A program made the position numbers and the translations under genes. A DNA stretch of 64,000 bases from an uncultured Gammaproteobacteria bacterium (GTDB taxonomy: Bacteria; Pseudomonadota; Gammaproteobacteria; Arenicellales; JAANXG01). The stretch spans positions 146,199 to 210,198 of the forward strand of contig CAMYNL010000001.1 in the NCBI GenBank assembly GCA_947259705.1, in the 5' to 3' direction. How positions within the stretch are numbered: position 1 is the first letter of the stretch; every line of letters starts with the position of its first letter. Shown here piece by piece: positions 35,516 to 44,170 of this stretch. The notes below the pieces were generated by a model. It saw only the letters and a list, made by a program, of their open reading frames with translations. It had not been told where the DNA came from and did no database searches.

Positions 35516-37114
35516 TCAAGTCGCGACCGAGGCAGCCAGGCTGTCTATGCCGCTGGCGGCGTCCTCAAGATGGATGTGCATGATACGTCGGCCGCGCTGG
35601 CGCAATACCGACAGGTCGCCCAGCGCCTGCGCCATGATCAGTTGCTGGAAACTGTAGCCAGCCGCCGGCACTTCAGCGTCCTGCGCGGGGTCCGCGGTCA
35701 GCATCAGGAACACGCCCTGATTGACCCCGCCCTTGTGCAGTTGGCCACTGGAGTGCAGATACCGGGGACCGAGACACAGGCTGGTGGCGGCGCCGGTGCG
35801 TCGTGCCAGACCTGCGCGCAGTGCCTGCAGACGTTCAACGACCGCGGTCGACGGTGGCACGAAGGCCAGCACCGAGAGATAGTCGCCGGGCGCGACCTGC
35901 GCGCACAATTCACTGATCTGTCGGGAAGACCCGGGCCCCGACAGGTCGGTGCCCGCGTCGTGGGGGTCGAGGCCTGCGTGCAGCAGCGTTCGGGTGCGGG
36001 CTTTGCTCTCATTCACATCCGGCTCGTCGAACGGATTTACGCCTAGCGTTGCTCCCGCTGCCGCCGTGGCGATTTCCCAACGCATGAACTCGGCGCCCAG
36101 GCCGTATCGGTCGGGCAGCTGCCAGTGCAGTACCGGATGGCCTCTGGTGGCCAGCATATCGAGTTGCGTGGTCAAGCCTGGGTCGGCTCCGAGTCCGACG
36201 CCGACGAATATCCTGTCCGCACCGTATTGCTCCGGGGACAGATCCCCCTCGCCGTCGATGGGGACGATACCGCATCCACACTTGCCGGTACTCTCGGCAA
36301 CCAGCTGCTCGATCCATCCGCCCAGCGGGGCCAAGCCGGGTGTGGGGAGCAGGGTCATCTTGTTGCGGTCCTGCTTTGCCAGCTCGCCCAGCGCGATCCC
36401 GATCTCCAGCGCGTGGTCGGCGCTGGCGTCGCTCAGGTCCACGGTATCAGCGCTGTCCAGCAGCCGCTGCACGTCGACACCGATGGCAGCCGCCGGAACC
36501 AGGCCGAAATAACTGAGCGCCGAAAACCTGCCGCCGATGTCGGCCGGATTCAGGAACACGGCACGAAAGTCATGTGTGTCGCCTTGAGTTACAAGAGGGG
36601 AACCCGGGTCGGTGATGACGGCGAAATGCTTCCCGGGGGCGCCGGGACTCTGTTGCTGCACCAGCGACCTGAAATAGTCATGAAACGCCAGCGTTTCCGC
36701 GGTGGTGCCGGACTTGCTCGACACCAGGTAGACCGTATGTGCCGGCGGGCACTGCTGGGCAGCCGCCCTCACCGCGTCTGGGGCGGTGCTGTCCAGCACT
36801 GTCAGGTCCGGACAGCCGGGCGCCGCCCCGAAACATTTCGCCAGCACCTCCGGCGCCAGGCTGGAACCGCCCATGCCGAGCAGCACCACGTGGCGGAAGC
36901 CTTCTGCCCTGATTGCGCGCGCGAACGCCGTGATCTCCCCCAGGTGGGCGCGCGAAAAAGCGCTGGCATCGAGCCACCCGAGGCGGTTGCGAATCGCTTC
37001 CGCAACCTCAGCGTCCTCAGTCCATAGTCGCGGGTCGCGCTCCTTCAGTCGTGCCCGTAAGTCGCCTGTCCGGTCATGGAAGCGGGGTATGTTGCGGCTG
37101 TCGAGAATGGTCAT
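35516..37114 (-). CDS. pgi: Glucose-6-phosphate isomerase (type resembling the PGI half of Tal-Pgi fusions)
   Basis: NRLGWL, LGMGGSSLAPE, SSKSGTTAET, TDPGS, IGGRFSALS.FG, EQLVAESTGK, NPFDEPDV.ESK, GPRYLHSSGQLHKGG. AAAGGAG RBS. Confidence 0.88.
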   Translation of the reverse strand: MTILDSRNIPRFHDRTGDLRARLKERDPRLWTEDAEVAEAIRNRLGWLDASAFSRAHLGEITAFARAIRAEGFRHVVLLGMGGSSLAPEVLAKCFGAAPGCPDLTVLDSTAPDAVRAAAQQCPPAHTVYLVSSKSGTTAETLAFHDYFRSLVQQQSPGAPGKHFAVITDPGSPLVTQGDTHDFRAVFLNPADIGGRFSALSYFGLVPAAAIGVDVQRLLDSADTVDLSDASADHALEIGIALGELAKQDRNKMTLLPTPGLAPLGGWIEQLVAESTGKCGCGIVPIDGEGDLSPEQYGADRIFVGVGLGADPGLTTQLDMLATRGHPVLHWQLPDRYGLGAEFMRWEIATAAAGATLGVNPFDEPDVNESKARTRTLLHAGLDPHDAGTDLSGPGSSRQISELCAQVAPGDYLSVLAFVPPSTAVVERLQALRAGLARRTGAATSLCLGPRYLHSSGQLHKGGVNQGVFLMLTADPAQDAEVPAAGYSFQQLIMAQALGDLSVLRQRGRRIMHIHLEDAASGIDSLAASVAT

Positions 37115-37146
37115 AGGGGGTTGATCTCCTTTGTTGCTCTGCGCGT

Positions 37147-37887
37147 TCAGGTCGCCAGTTCCGCGACCGCCTCGCTCACGTCGGTGAGTATGGCGTCGAG
37201 CAATAGCCGGCCTTTCCGGGCCTCGGCCAGCGTGGCGTCGCCAATGACCCCGCTTGGTGAGTAGTTCGGATGGGTTGAATCCGAGCGTCGCAACGGTCCC
37301 GGAACCATAGCGGCGCCGTCCCAGCATACAGCCTGTTCCATGCGCACCCGGCCCGGTTCAATCGCCAGCATCATCGAGGTCTCCCGTTCGTCGGCGTGAC
37401 CGCCATGCCGTTGCTGCAGCAGGCGGCCACTGACAGCGCGACAGTGATCGCCCTGGTAGACGTTGACCAGGCTCACCCCCGGGCGGCTCGCGGTGAGCTG
37501 CTGCAGCGCCGGGATGGTGCTGATGCCGGTATTGAGCAGACAAACATTCTTCACCCCGTGACCCAGAATCTGTTCGGCGATACGAATTACGAGGTCGCTG
37601 AACAGATCTTGGGGCAGGCTGCAACTTCCCGGGTACTCGCGGAACGCCGGGTAGAAGCCGTAATTCACCGTGGGCCAGACAAGAACATTCAGACTGTAAG
37701 TGAGACGGTCTGCCAGCCATTCCGCCTGCGACTGGTCGGTGTTCATGGGTAGGTGCGGACCGTGTTCCTTGGCCCCCGCCCCGATGGGCAGCACTGCCGC
37801 GGCCCCCGTCCGGATGCGGGCTTCGACCTCGGGCCAGGTGATGTCCGCGACCCACGCCCCCCGCCGACCTGGAGGTGGTTCGGTCAT
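37147..37887 (-). CDS. Creatininase/creatinine amidohydrolase family protein
   Basis: TWPEV, LPIGA..KEHGPHLPMNTD, YPGS, GGHADERETS.ML, SPSGVIGD.TLA...KG. Confidence 0.85.
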   Translation of the reverse strand: MTEPPPGRRGAWVADITWPEVEARIRTGAAAVLPIGAGAKEHGPHLPMNTDQSQAEWLADRLTYSLNVLVWPTVNYGFYPAFREYPGSCSLPQDLFSDLVIRIAEQILGHGVKNVCLLNTGISTIPALQQLTASRPGVSLVNVYQGDHCRAVSGRLLQQRHGGHADERETSMMLAIEPGRVRMEQAVCWDGAAMVPGPLRRSDSTHPNYSPSGVIGDATLAEARKGRLLLDAILTDVSEAVAELAT

Positions 37888-38058
37888 CGTCGGCAGAAGG
37901 TGGTGTGGAGGCTTGTCGACAGCATGGACGCCATTATAAAGGTCCACGTGGAGGACGCGCTCCGGCCTCTGCAGACGCCCAAACCATGGTTATCGTGGCC
38001 AGCGCATCCGCCAACCAGTCGATGACCACGGCGTCTGCGTGCTGCTGTTCGAAATCCG

Positions 38059-38772
38059 CTAGCCAGCCGGCTGCGCGGGGATGATGCGCTCAAAGCGTGT
38101 CCTGAGATCGGGTTGGTCCACCCAGTTAAGGAGAAAGCGTTGGCGGTCACGGTCACAGGCGCGGTCCAGGCGCGCGCCGCGTTCGTGCCTGCGCACGGCA
38201 TCGAGGTCGAGCAGGTAGACTTGGTGCCGGTGAACAAGAAAATTGCTGGCCTTCATATCGCCATGGCTCAGGCCCGCCGCTCGCAGGCTGCGGAAGATCC
38301 TACCGATCTGGGCGACCGCCACTTCCACGCCCGAGTCGTTCTGACGGCCGAGAAACTCGCTTAGCGTGGTACCGATGACATATTCCGCGATGTAGTAGCT
38401 GCGGCCCTTTAGCGGCCCAAGCCGTTGTTCCGCCCAGCCGACCGGGCGGGGCGTCGCCACGCCGACCTCCAGTAGCTGCAGGGCGGCATCCCAGCAGATG
38501 CTGGCACGGCTGCGTTGGAAGCTACGTCGTGCAAAATGCCACGGGTTTTTGGTATTGAATCTCTTGACGGCCCAGCGGCGGTCACCGCTGCCCACGAGCG
38601 CCACGGTGGTGGTACGATCATGCTTGAGCACGCGAGCACTGTCCGATGCCATCCACCCGTCTGGGTCCTCGGCCAGGGCCCGCAGATTGTGACCCTCGAA
38701 CGCGCTGTCGTAGGTGAGCCGCAGGCGCCACGGTCCGAGGGTGCCGGAGGCTTGCCTGAAGTGTCGTTCCAA
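38059..38772 (-). CDS. Lipopolysaccharide kinase (Kdo/WaaP/InaA family)
   Basis: LKHD.TTTVA, VKRFN, SRA...W, GVATP.P, HGDMKASN, LLDLD. Located in the waa operon. Confidence 0.85.
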   Translation of the reverse strand: MERHFRQASGTLGPWRLRLTYDSAFEGHNLRALAEDPDGWMASDSARVLKHDRTTTVALVGSGDRRWAVKRFNTKNPWHFARRSFQRSRASICWDAALQLLEVGVATPRPVGWAEQRLGPLKGRSYYIAEYVIGTTLSEFLGRQNDSGVEVAVAQIGRIFRSLRAAGLSHGDMKASNFLVHRHQVYLLDLDAVRRHERGARLDRACDRDRQRFLLNWVDQPDLRTRFERIIPAQPAG

Positions 38773-38776
38773 TGCC

Positions 38777-40801
38777 CTAGCGGCGGCTTGAGTGCGGCAG
38801 CGAACGATCGCCGGCGGGGGCGTTCGGGGCCGCTTTGCCTCCGCGCGTCTCCCGCCGCCACAGACGTATCGCGCGGCGCTCGACGGCGCGCCAGAAATCC
38901 ACGTCCTCGGCCAGGATCTGCCGCAGGGATGCCGCCCGATAGCCGCACATGAAACGGTAGACGTCGTGTTGCGTCAGCGCTAGCGCCATGCTGGAAAAAT
39001 ACAGCGCCGCGATGTCTTTGATAAGCCACCGGCGACGGGTGGACCGACGAATCTGGGCCCGATGCAGATCCATGACCACCATTCCGCTCGTTTCCGGCTC
39101 ACCACCGTCGCCGCGGCGGGACAGCCTGAGCCACAGGTGGCAAAGATAGAGATCCCGGTGGTTGATGCCGTTGCGATGCATGGTACGGGCGATAAGCGCA
39201 ACCCTGCCGATAAGTTCACGCTTGTGGCGGACCTTGCCCGGCGGCAATTGCCCGGGAGAGCCGCAGTAATCTTCCAGACTGACGGCGTTGGTGACTTCGT
39301 CGCTGATGATGAACGATTGCCGGCGGGCGGGGCTCGCGCCATTCTGTCCGAAACCCGCGATGCCAGCGGTCTCGATGCCTAGGCGCCGGAGGTGGTGCAT
39401 GGCATGCCACTCGTTGCTGGCCCCGATCACGGGCAGACGCAGGTAGCAGAGATTCTTCACGATCTCGCCCCAGCCGACCCCCTCGTGAAGCTTGATGAAA
39501 TAGCCCCGCGCACCGAGCTTGAGGCGCATCGTGCGCCGACCGGGCGCGCGGCGGAACAGTTGCCCTTCGCTGCGCATGAGGGCGGCAAAAGAGTCTCTCC
39601 CGGTCGGCAGGGCCGCGCGCAGATCCTCGCGCAGGTACAGGAAACCGACACCTTTGCCCGCTGCGGGTGTCGGGCGAAGTTCCCCGCGCCCGATTGCCTC
39701 GATGACGTCAACGGCGGTTGCGGGCATTGCCGCCAGATCCCTGGTGGTGGCGTAGCGGCGTCCGTTCAGCCCCAGTTCGCGCCGTCGACCCGCATCCGCG
39801 AGCAGGCTTGCCAGGGCTTTGTCGAGCAGGTGCTGCGTGAAGGGGGCAGCGAGAGTTTCACCGGCGCCGGCGTCGACGACGTGGTGCGCATAACCGCAAA
39901 CATCGGTGGTCAGTACCGGCAGCCCCGCCGCGAGCGCCTCCAGTAATACGATTCCCGCCAGCTCGCGCCGGGCCGGGTGCAACAGCAGGTCGCCGGCGCG
40001 CAGCAGCTGCGCAACGTCGCCGCGGCCACCGATGAACTGGACGCGATCCGCGATCCGCAGCTGCGTGGCAAGACGCCGCAAGGGGTCGGGGTTGCCGTCA
40101 CCCGCCACCGCCAGTCTGGTGCGCGACTGCAGCGCCGGGGGCAGCGCCGCCAGTGCGCGGATGGCCCGATCCACACCCTTGGTGACGAACCCGGAGCCAA
40201 CCGTCAACAGCAGCGTGTCTCGCTCGCCCGTGCCCAGTTCCCGCCGCAGCTTCTGGCGGCCCGCCGACGACAAGGCGGTGTTGACGTGCCGCGCTTCCAT
40301 GTTCGGGGGGAGCAGGCGAAAGCGATCATCGGGGGTGCCGTAGTATTCCTGATAGTCGAGTCGCGCGCGCTCGCCCAGTACGAGCACATGGCATTCGTAG
40401 GGCCACCCGAACACGCCTGCCTCGAGCCGGGCCAGGGAACGGGCGCGGGGCGTGTAACGGTATAGATGGACGTGCCGACTCGCATGCAGGGCGAAACACT
40501 CGTCCGCCGCAAAATAGACATCGAGGCCTGGCATCTTGTTGAAACCCAAGCTGACGTCGAATGTACCCGCTGCCAGTCGTGCGGCCGCTGCGCGTGCAAA
40601 GTTCGTAGCTCGCGCATGGTTACTCAGTCCGCCGGCCGGCAGCAGTTCGAGGCTGCCGTAGGCGGGAGGGGCGCCCCGCCACTCACGGGCGAGCACCGTG
40701 ATCTGGTGACCGCGTGCGTCGGCCAGGGCGGCGATCTTCTCCATATCCCGTGACAGGCCACTGTAGGGTGACCTTTTATGCAGGCAGAATGCGATCCGCA
40801 T
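38777..40801 (-). CDS. Fused LPS core glucosyltransferase (WaaG-like GT4) and heptose kinase (WaaP-like)
   Basis: N-half: MRIAF.L....Y.GL.RD, GFNKMPGLDVYFAAD, VGSGF.TKGVDR, E.AGIVLLEA..AGLPV. C-half: RRT, YFIKLH.GVGW.EI.KNL, GA.NEW, HRDLY.CH, DLHRAQIR, KD.AALYFS. No intervening stop. Confidence 0.9.
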   Translation of the reverse strand: MRIAFCLHKRSPYSGLSRDMEKIAALADARGHQITVLAREWRGAPPAYGSLELLPAGGLSNHARATNFARAAAARLAAGTFDVSLGFNKMPGLDVYFAADECFALHASRHVHLYRYTPRARSLARLEAGVFGWPYECHVLVLGERARLDYQEYYGTPDDRFRLLPPNMEARHVNTALSSAGRQKLRRELGTGERDTLLLTVGSGFVTKGVDRAIRALAALPPALQSRTRLAVAGDGNPDPLRRLATQLRIADRVQFIGGRGDVAQLLRAGDLLLHPARRELAGIVLLEALAAGLPVLTTDVCGYAHHVVDAGAGETLAAPFTQHLLDKALASLLADAGRRRELGLNGRRYATTRDLAAMPATAVDVIEAIGRGELRPTPAAGKGVGFLYLREDLRAALPTGRDSFAALMRSEGQLFRRAPGRRTMRLKLGARGYFIKLHEGVGWGEIVKNLCYLRLPVIGASNEWHAMHHLRRLGIETAGIAGFGQNGASPARRQSFIISDEVTNAVSLEDYCGSPGQLPPGKVRHKRELIGRVALIARTMHRNGINHRDLYLCHLWLRLSRRGDGGEPETSGMVVMDLHRAQIRRSTRRRWLIKDIAALYFSSMALALTQHDVYRFMCGYRAASLRQILAEDVDFWRAVERRAIRLWRRETRGGKAAPNAPAGDRSLPHSSRR

Positions 40802-41077
40802 GGGCAACCGGTTCAGTCGATGCGCTCGGTCCGCCGCGCCGGCTCCGGTTCCCGTTTCCACGTCACCCGGCAGATAATGTCGAGTTCATAGAATCGGGAA
40901 GACCAGCCCGGCAACTGGCGAAGGCGACGGTTGTCCGTGGCACGTCCGACGGGGTATCGCGGACGGCGCGCCGCGTCAGCGACTGAAAACTCGACACCGC
41001 TCACCCGGCGCGCGCCAGCTGGCGGGTGGTATGTGATTCGGCACGGCCTGCTCCCCGGGTTTCCAGTACTGCCGCCG

Positions 41078-42121
41078 TCACGCCCCATCCGCCTCGCGCT
41101 GTACCAAAAGAGGCGCCAGTGTACTCCACACCCGCTCTGCCGACACGGTGGCGAAACACGCCGGCTGCACCGGGCCTCCGTCCCGCACCCGGCAGGTTCG
41201 GGCGAGACAGGGCGAACAGGGATAGTTCGCCTGTAGATGATGATATTGCGGTCCCCGCGTTCCGGTACGGCCTGGATCAGTGGCACCGTACAGCGATACC
41301 ACCGGGGTCCCAAGCGCCGCCGCCAGGTGTCCCAGGCCGGAATCGACCGCCACCACCGCAGCGGCATCGCGCAGCCACGCAGCGGCTTGACCGAGATTCA
41401 ACGGCGGCAGGACGCGAGCCCCGGGTGCCCCCGCGCCCAGACGTTCCGCACGTTGCCGCTCGAGCTGGCTGCCCCAGGGCAGTACAACCTCGCAGCCGGC
41501 GGCGTGTACCAGCCTGGCGAGCGCCTGCCAGTATTGTTCCGGCCACAATTTGCTTTCCCAGCTGGCCCCGTGGACGAAGGCCACATAGGGGGGATTGGAG
41601 ACGGCGCGCCGCGGCGGCAGGCGTTTCGGGTCGATGCCGTAGTCAGGGCCGCTGTCAGGCAGCCGGTACCCCAGGCACGCGGCAAACAGGCAGCGCGTCC
41701 GGTCGATAGCATGATCCCCGCGGTCAAGCTGGACGCGCTGATGGTAGGCCAGGCTGGCTGCCGGCTCCCGGGCGCTGGCATGGTCCGGACCGCAGCGTTT
41801 TCCACGCATGATGCGGCTCATCAGGGCACTTTTCATCAGTCCTTGTGCGTCCACGATCAAGTCGTACTCGGCGCTACGCAGCTCTCGCAGCGACTGCCGG
41901 ATTTCGTGCACGGTACGCCAGGCGAACTGTCGTCGCCAGCGCCGCAGGGCCACTGGAATCGTTCTTTGCACCGCCGGGTGCCAGGTCGGGATCTCGCTGA
42001 AGCGCTCTTCTACCAGCCAATCGACCCGCAGTCCCGGGCGCGCCCGCGCGGCATCGCTCAGCGCCGGAAGCGTCAACAGGATGTCGCCCAGGGAACTGGT
42101 TCTGACGATAAGCAGCCTCAC
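41078..42121 (-). CDS. waaC: Lipopolysaccharide heptosyltransferase I
   Basis: LIVRTSSLGDI..TLPALSDA, DWLVEE.F.EIP.WHPAV, DAQGLMKSA, HAIDRTR.LFA, VDSGLGHLAAA. GTGA overlap with waaF. Confidence 0.92.
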   Translation of the reverse strand: MRLLIVRTSSLGDILLTLPALSDAARARPGLRVDWLVEERFSEIPTWHPAVQRTIPVALRRWRRQFAWRTVHEIRQSLRELRSAEYDLIVDAQGLMKSALMSRIMRGKRCGPDHASAREPAASLAYHQRVQLDRGDHAIDRTRCLFAACLGYRLPDSGPDYGIDPKRLPPRRAVSNPPYVAFVHGASWESKLWPEQYWQALARLVHAAGCEVVLPWGSQLERQRAERLGAGAPGARVLPPLNLGQAAAWLRDAAAVVAVDSGLGHLAAALGTPVVSLYGATDPGRTGTRGPQYHHLQANYPCSPCLARTCRVRDGGPVQPACFATVSAERVWSTLAPLLVQREADGA

Positions 42122-43167
42122 GCCGCCGCGTCCAGTTCGGTGATGGCGGCGATGACTTGTGCCGGCGACAGCCGCCGCAGGCAGTCCAGATGGCCCAAGG
42201 GACATCGGCGTTGAAAGCAGGGGCTGCAGGGCAGGTCCAGGCGAAGGACGCGTGCCCGTTCACTGAGCGGCGGCGTGGTGCGTGGATCGGACGATCCGTA
42301 TATCGCGGCGACGGGTCTGCCCAGGGCGGCCGCCACGTGCATCAAGCCCGAGTCGTTGCTGACCACGGCCCTGCAGTGCGCCAGCAAATCAACGACCTGA
42401 TCAAGATTGGTACGACCCGCCAGGTCCACCGCCCTGCCCTGGCAGTACCGGCTGACCAGAGCCGTCGCCGTGGCGTCGTCGCGCGAGCCCAGCAGCCACA
42501 CCTGCCAGCCCTGCTGCAAGCGATCAAGGGCGACCTCGGCGAAGTATTCGGCAGGCCAACGCTTGGCGGGGCCGTACTCGGCCCCGGGGCAGATCGCCAT
42601 GGCTGGCGCTGGTCCGGGATGCAGATCGAGCGCGGACAGGCTCTTGCGCCCAGCGACCGGGTCCACCCGCAAAGCCGGCCGGGGCAGGGTGGAACTTGTC
42701 GGGGGCGGCGCGTCGGCTGGTCTTGCCAAGGCAACGAAGCGTTGCACGGTCATTACCAGAGCGTCGCGATCCAGCCGCCTAACGTCGTTGATCAGTCCCC
42801 AGCGCTGCTCGCCCAGATAACCGGTTCGCAGCGGAATACCGGCCCAGAACGGCACCAGCGCCGATTTCCAGGAGTTGGGTAGCAGTATTGCCTGGTGGTA
42901 GTTTCGCTGCGCCAGTTCCCGGCCCAGACGCCAGCGCGTCATCAGCCCGAGGCGGCCATGCCTCAACGGTGCAACAATGGCCTCGCTGACTTCCGGCATC
43001 CGTTCCAGCAACGGCACTGACCAGGCCGGGGCGAGGACGTCCAGGCGGGCTACGGGGGCGGCCTGGCGGAGGTACATGAAAAGGCTTTGCGCCATCACCA
43101 TGTCTCCCACCCACGCCGGGCCCACTACCAGAATACGCCGGCCACGCTCCGACGTCGCCGCGGTCAT
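42118..43167 (-). CDS. waaF: Lipopolysaccharide heptosyltransferase II
   Basis: ILVVGPAWVGDMVMAQSL, LPNSWKSAL, CPGAEYGPAKRWP, SNDSGLMHVAAAL, YGSS.P..TPPL. Confidence 0.95.
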   Translation of the reverse strand: MTAATSERGRRILVVGPAWVGDMVMAQSLFMYLRQAAPVARLDVLAPAWSVPLLERMPEVSEAIVAPLRHGRLGLMTRWRLGRELAQRNYHQAILLPNSWKSALVPFWAGIPLRTGYLGEQRWGLINDVRRLDRDALVMTVQRFVALARPADAPPPTSSTLPRPALRVDPVAGRKSLSALDLHPGPAPAMAICPGAEYGPAKRWPAEYFAEVALDRLQQGWQVWLLGSRDDATATALVSRYCQGRAVDLAGRTNLDQVVDLLAHCRAVVSNDSGLMHVAAALGRPVAAIYGSSDPRTTPPLSERARVLRLDLPCSPCFQRRCPLGHLDCLRRLSPAQVIAAITELDAAA

Positions 43168-43183
43168 CGTCGCGTGTAGCTTT

Positions 43184-44104
43184 TCACACCAGGGTAAGCC
43201 ATTGCTGGTGGTGGGGGTGACGCCCTTTGACGACGTCGAAATACAGGTTCTGCAGTTGTTCCGTAACCGGGCCCCGCTGCCCATGCCCGATGCACCTGCC
43301 GTCAACCTCGCGTATGGGTGTCACCTCGGCCGCGGTGCCGGTGAAAAAGGCCTCGTCAGCCACATAGACTTCGTCGCGGGTGATACGCTTTTCGACTACC
43401 TCCATCCCCAGTTCCGCAATGAGTTCAAATATGGTGTCCCGGGTGATTCCTTCCAGGGCCGATGTCAGGTCCGGCGTGAAAAGGCGGCCGTTGCGGACGA
43501 GAAAGATGTTTTCACCACTGCCTTCCGCCACATAGCCCTCCGGATCCAGCAACAGGGCCTCGTCGTAACCGCAGGACTCGGCTTCCTGCAGGGCCATGAT
43601 CGAGTTGTAGTAATGACCGGTCGCCTTGGCCTTGCACATGGTGCTGTTGACGTAATGGCGGGCGAAAGATGAAGTCTTCACCCGGATGCCCTTACTCAGG
43701 CCCTCGTCCCCCAGGTAGGCCCCCCATGCCCAGGCGGCGATGGAGACGTGCACCCGCAGGTTGTTGGCATGCAGCCCCATACCTTCCGACCCGTAGAAAC
43801 AAAGCGGGCGCAGGTACGCCTCGCTGAGCCCGTTCCTGCGCACTACCGTTTTCTGGGCGTCGTTCAAGGCTTCCTTGTCGTAGGGGATCTTCATCCCCAT
43901 GATGGTCGCCGACCTGAAGAGGCGGTCGGTATGGTCGCTAAGACGGAAGATAGCGGTGCCCTTATCCGTCTCGTAGGCGCGCACACCTTCGAACACACCC
44001 AGGCCGTAGTGCAGGGTATGGGTGAGTATATGAACCGTGGCGTCGCGCCATTGGACATATTCGCCGTCCATCCAGATAACGCCGTCGCGATCGGCAAAAG
44101 ACAT
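43184..44104 (-). CDS. ilvE: Branched-chain amino acid aminotransferase
   Basis: IWMDG, THTLHYG.GVFEG.RAY, KAKATG.Y.NS, EGSGENIF, LEGITR, TGTAAEVTP. Confidence 0.97.
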   Translation of the reverse strand: MSFADRDGVIWMDGEYVQWRDATVHILTHTLHYGLGVFEGVRAYETDKGTAIFRLSDHTDRLFRSATIMGMKIPYDKEALNDAQKTVVRRNGLSEAYLRPLCFYGSEGMGLHANNLRVHVSIAAWAWGAYLGDEGLSKGIRVKTSSFARHYVNSTMCKAKATGHYYNSIMALQEAESCGYDEALLLDPEGYVAEGSGENIFLVRNGRLFTPDLTSALEGITRDTIFELIAELGMEVVEKRITRDEVYVADEAFFTGTAAEVTPIREVDGRCIGHGQRGPVTEQLQNLYFDVVKGRHPHHQQWLTLV

Positions 44105-44170
44105 GTCTGCTCTCCTAGGGTCCCGGTTTCGAAGACTTAAGTTTAAGCGGCAAGCGTCGGGCCAGGCGCT

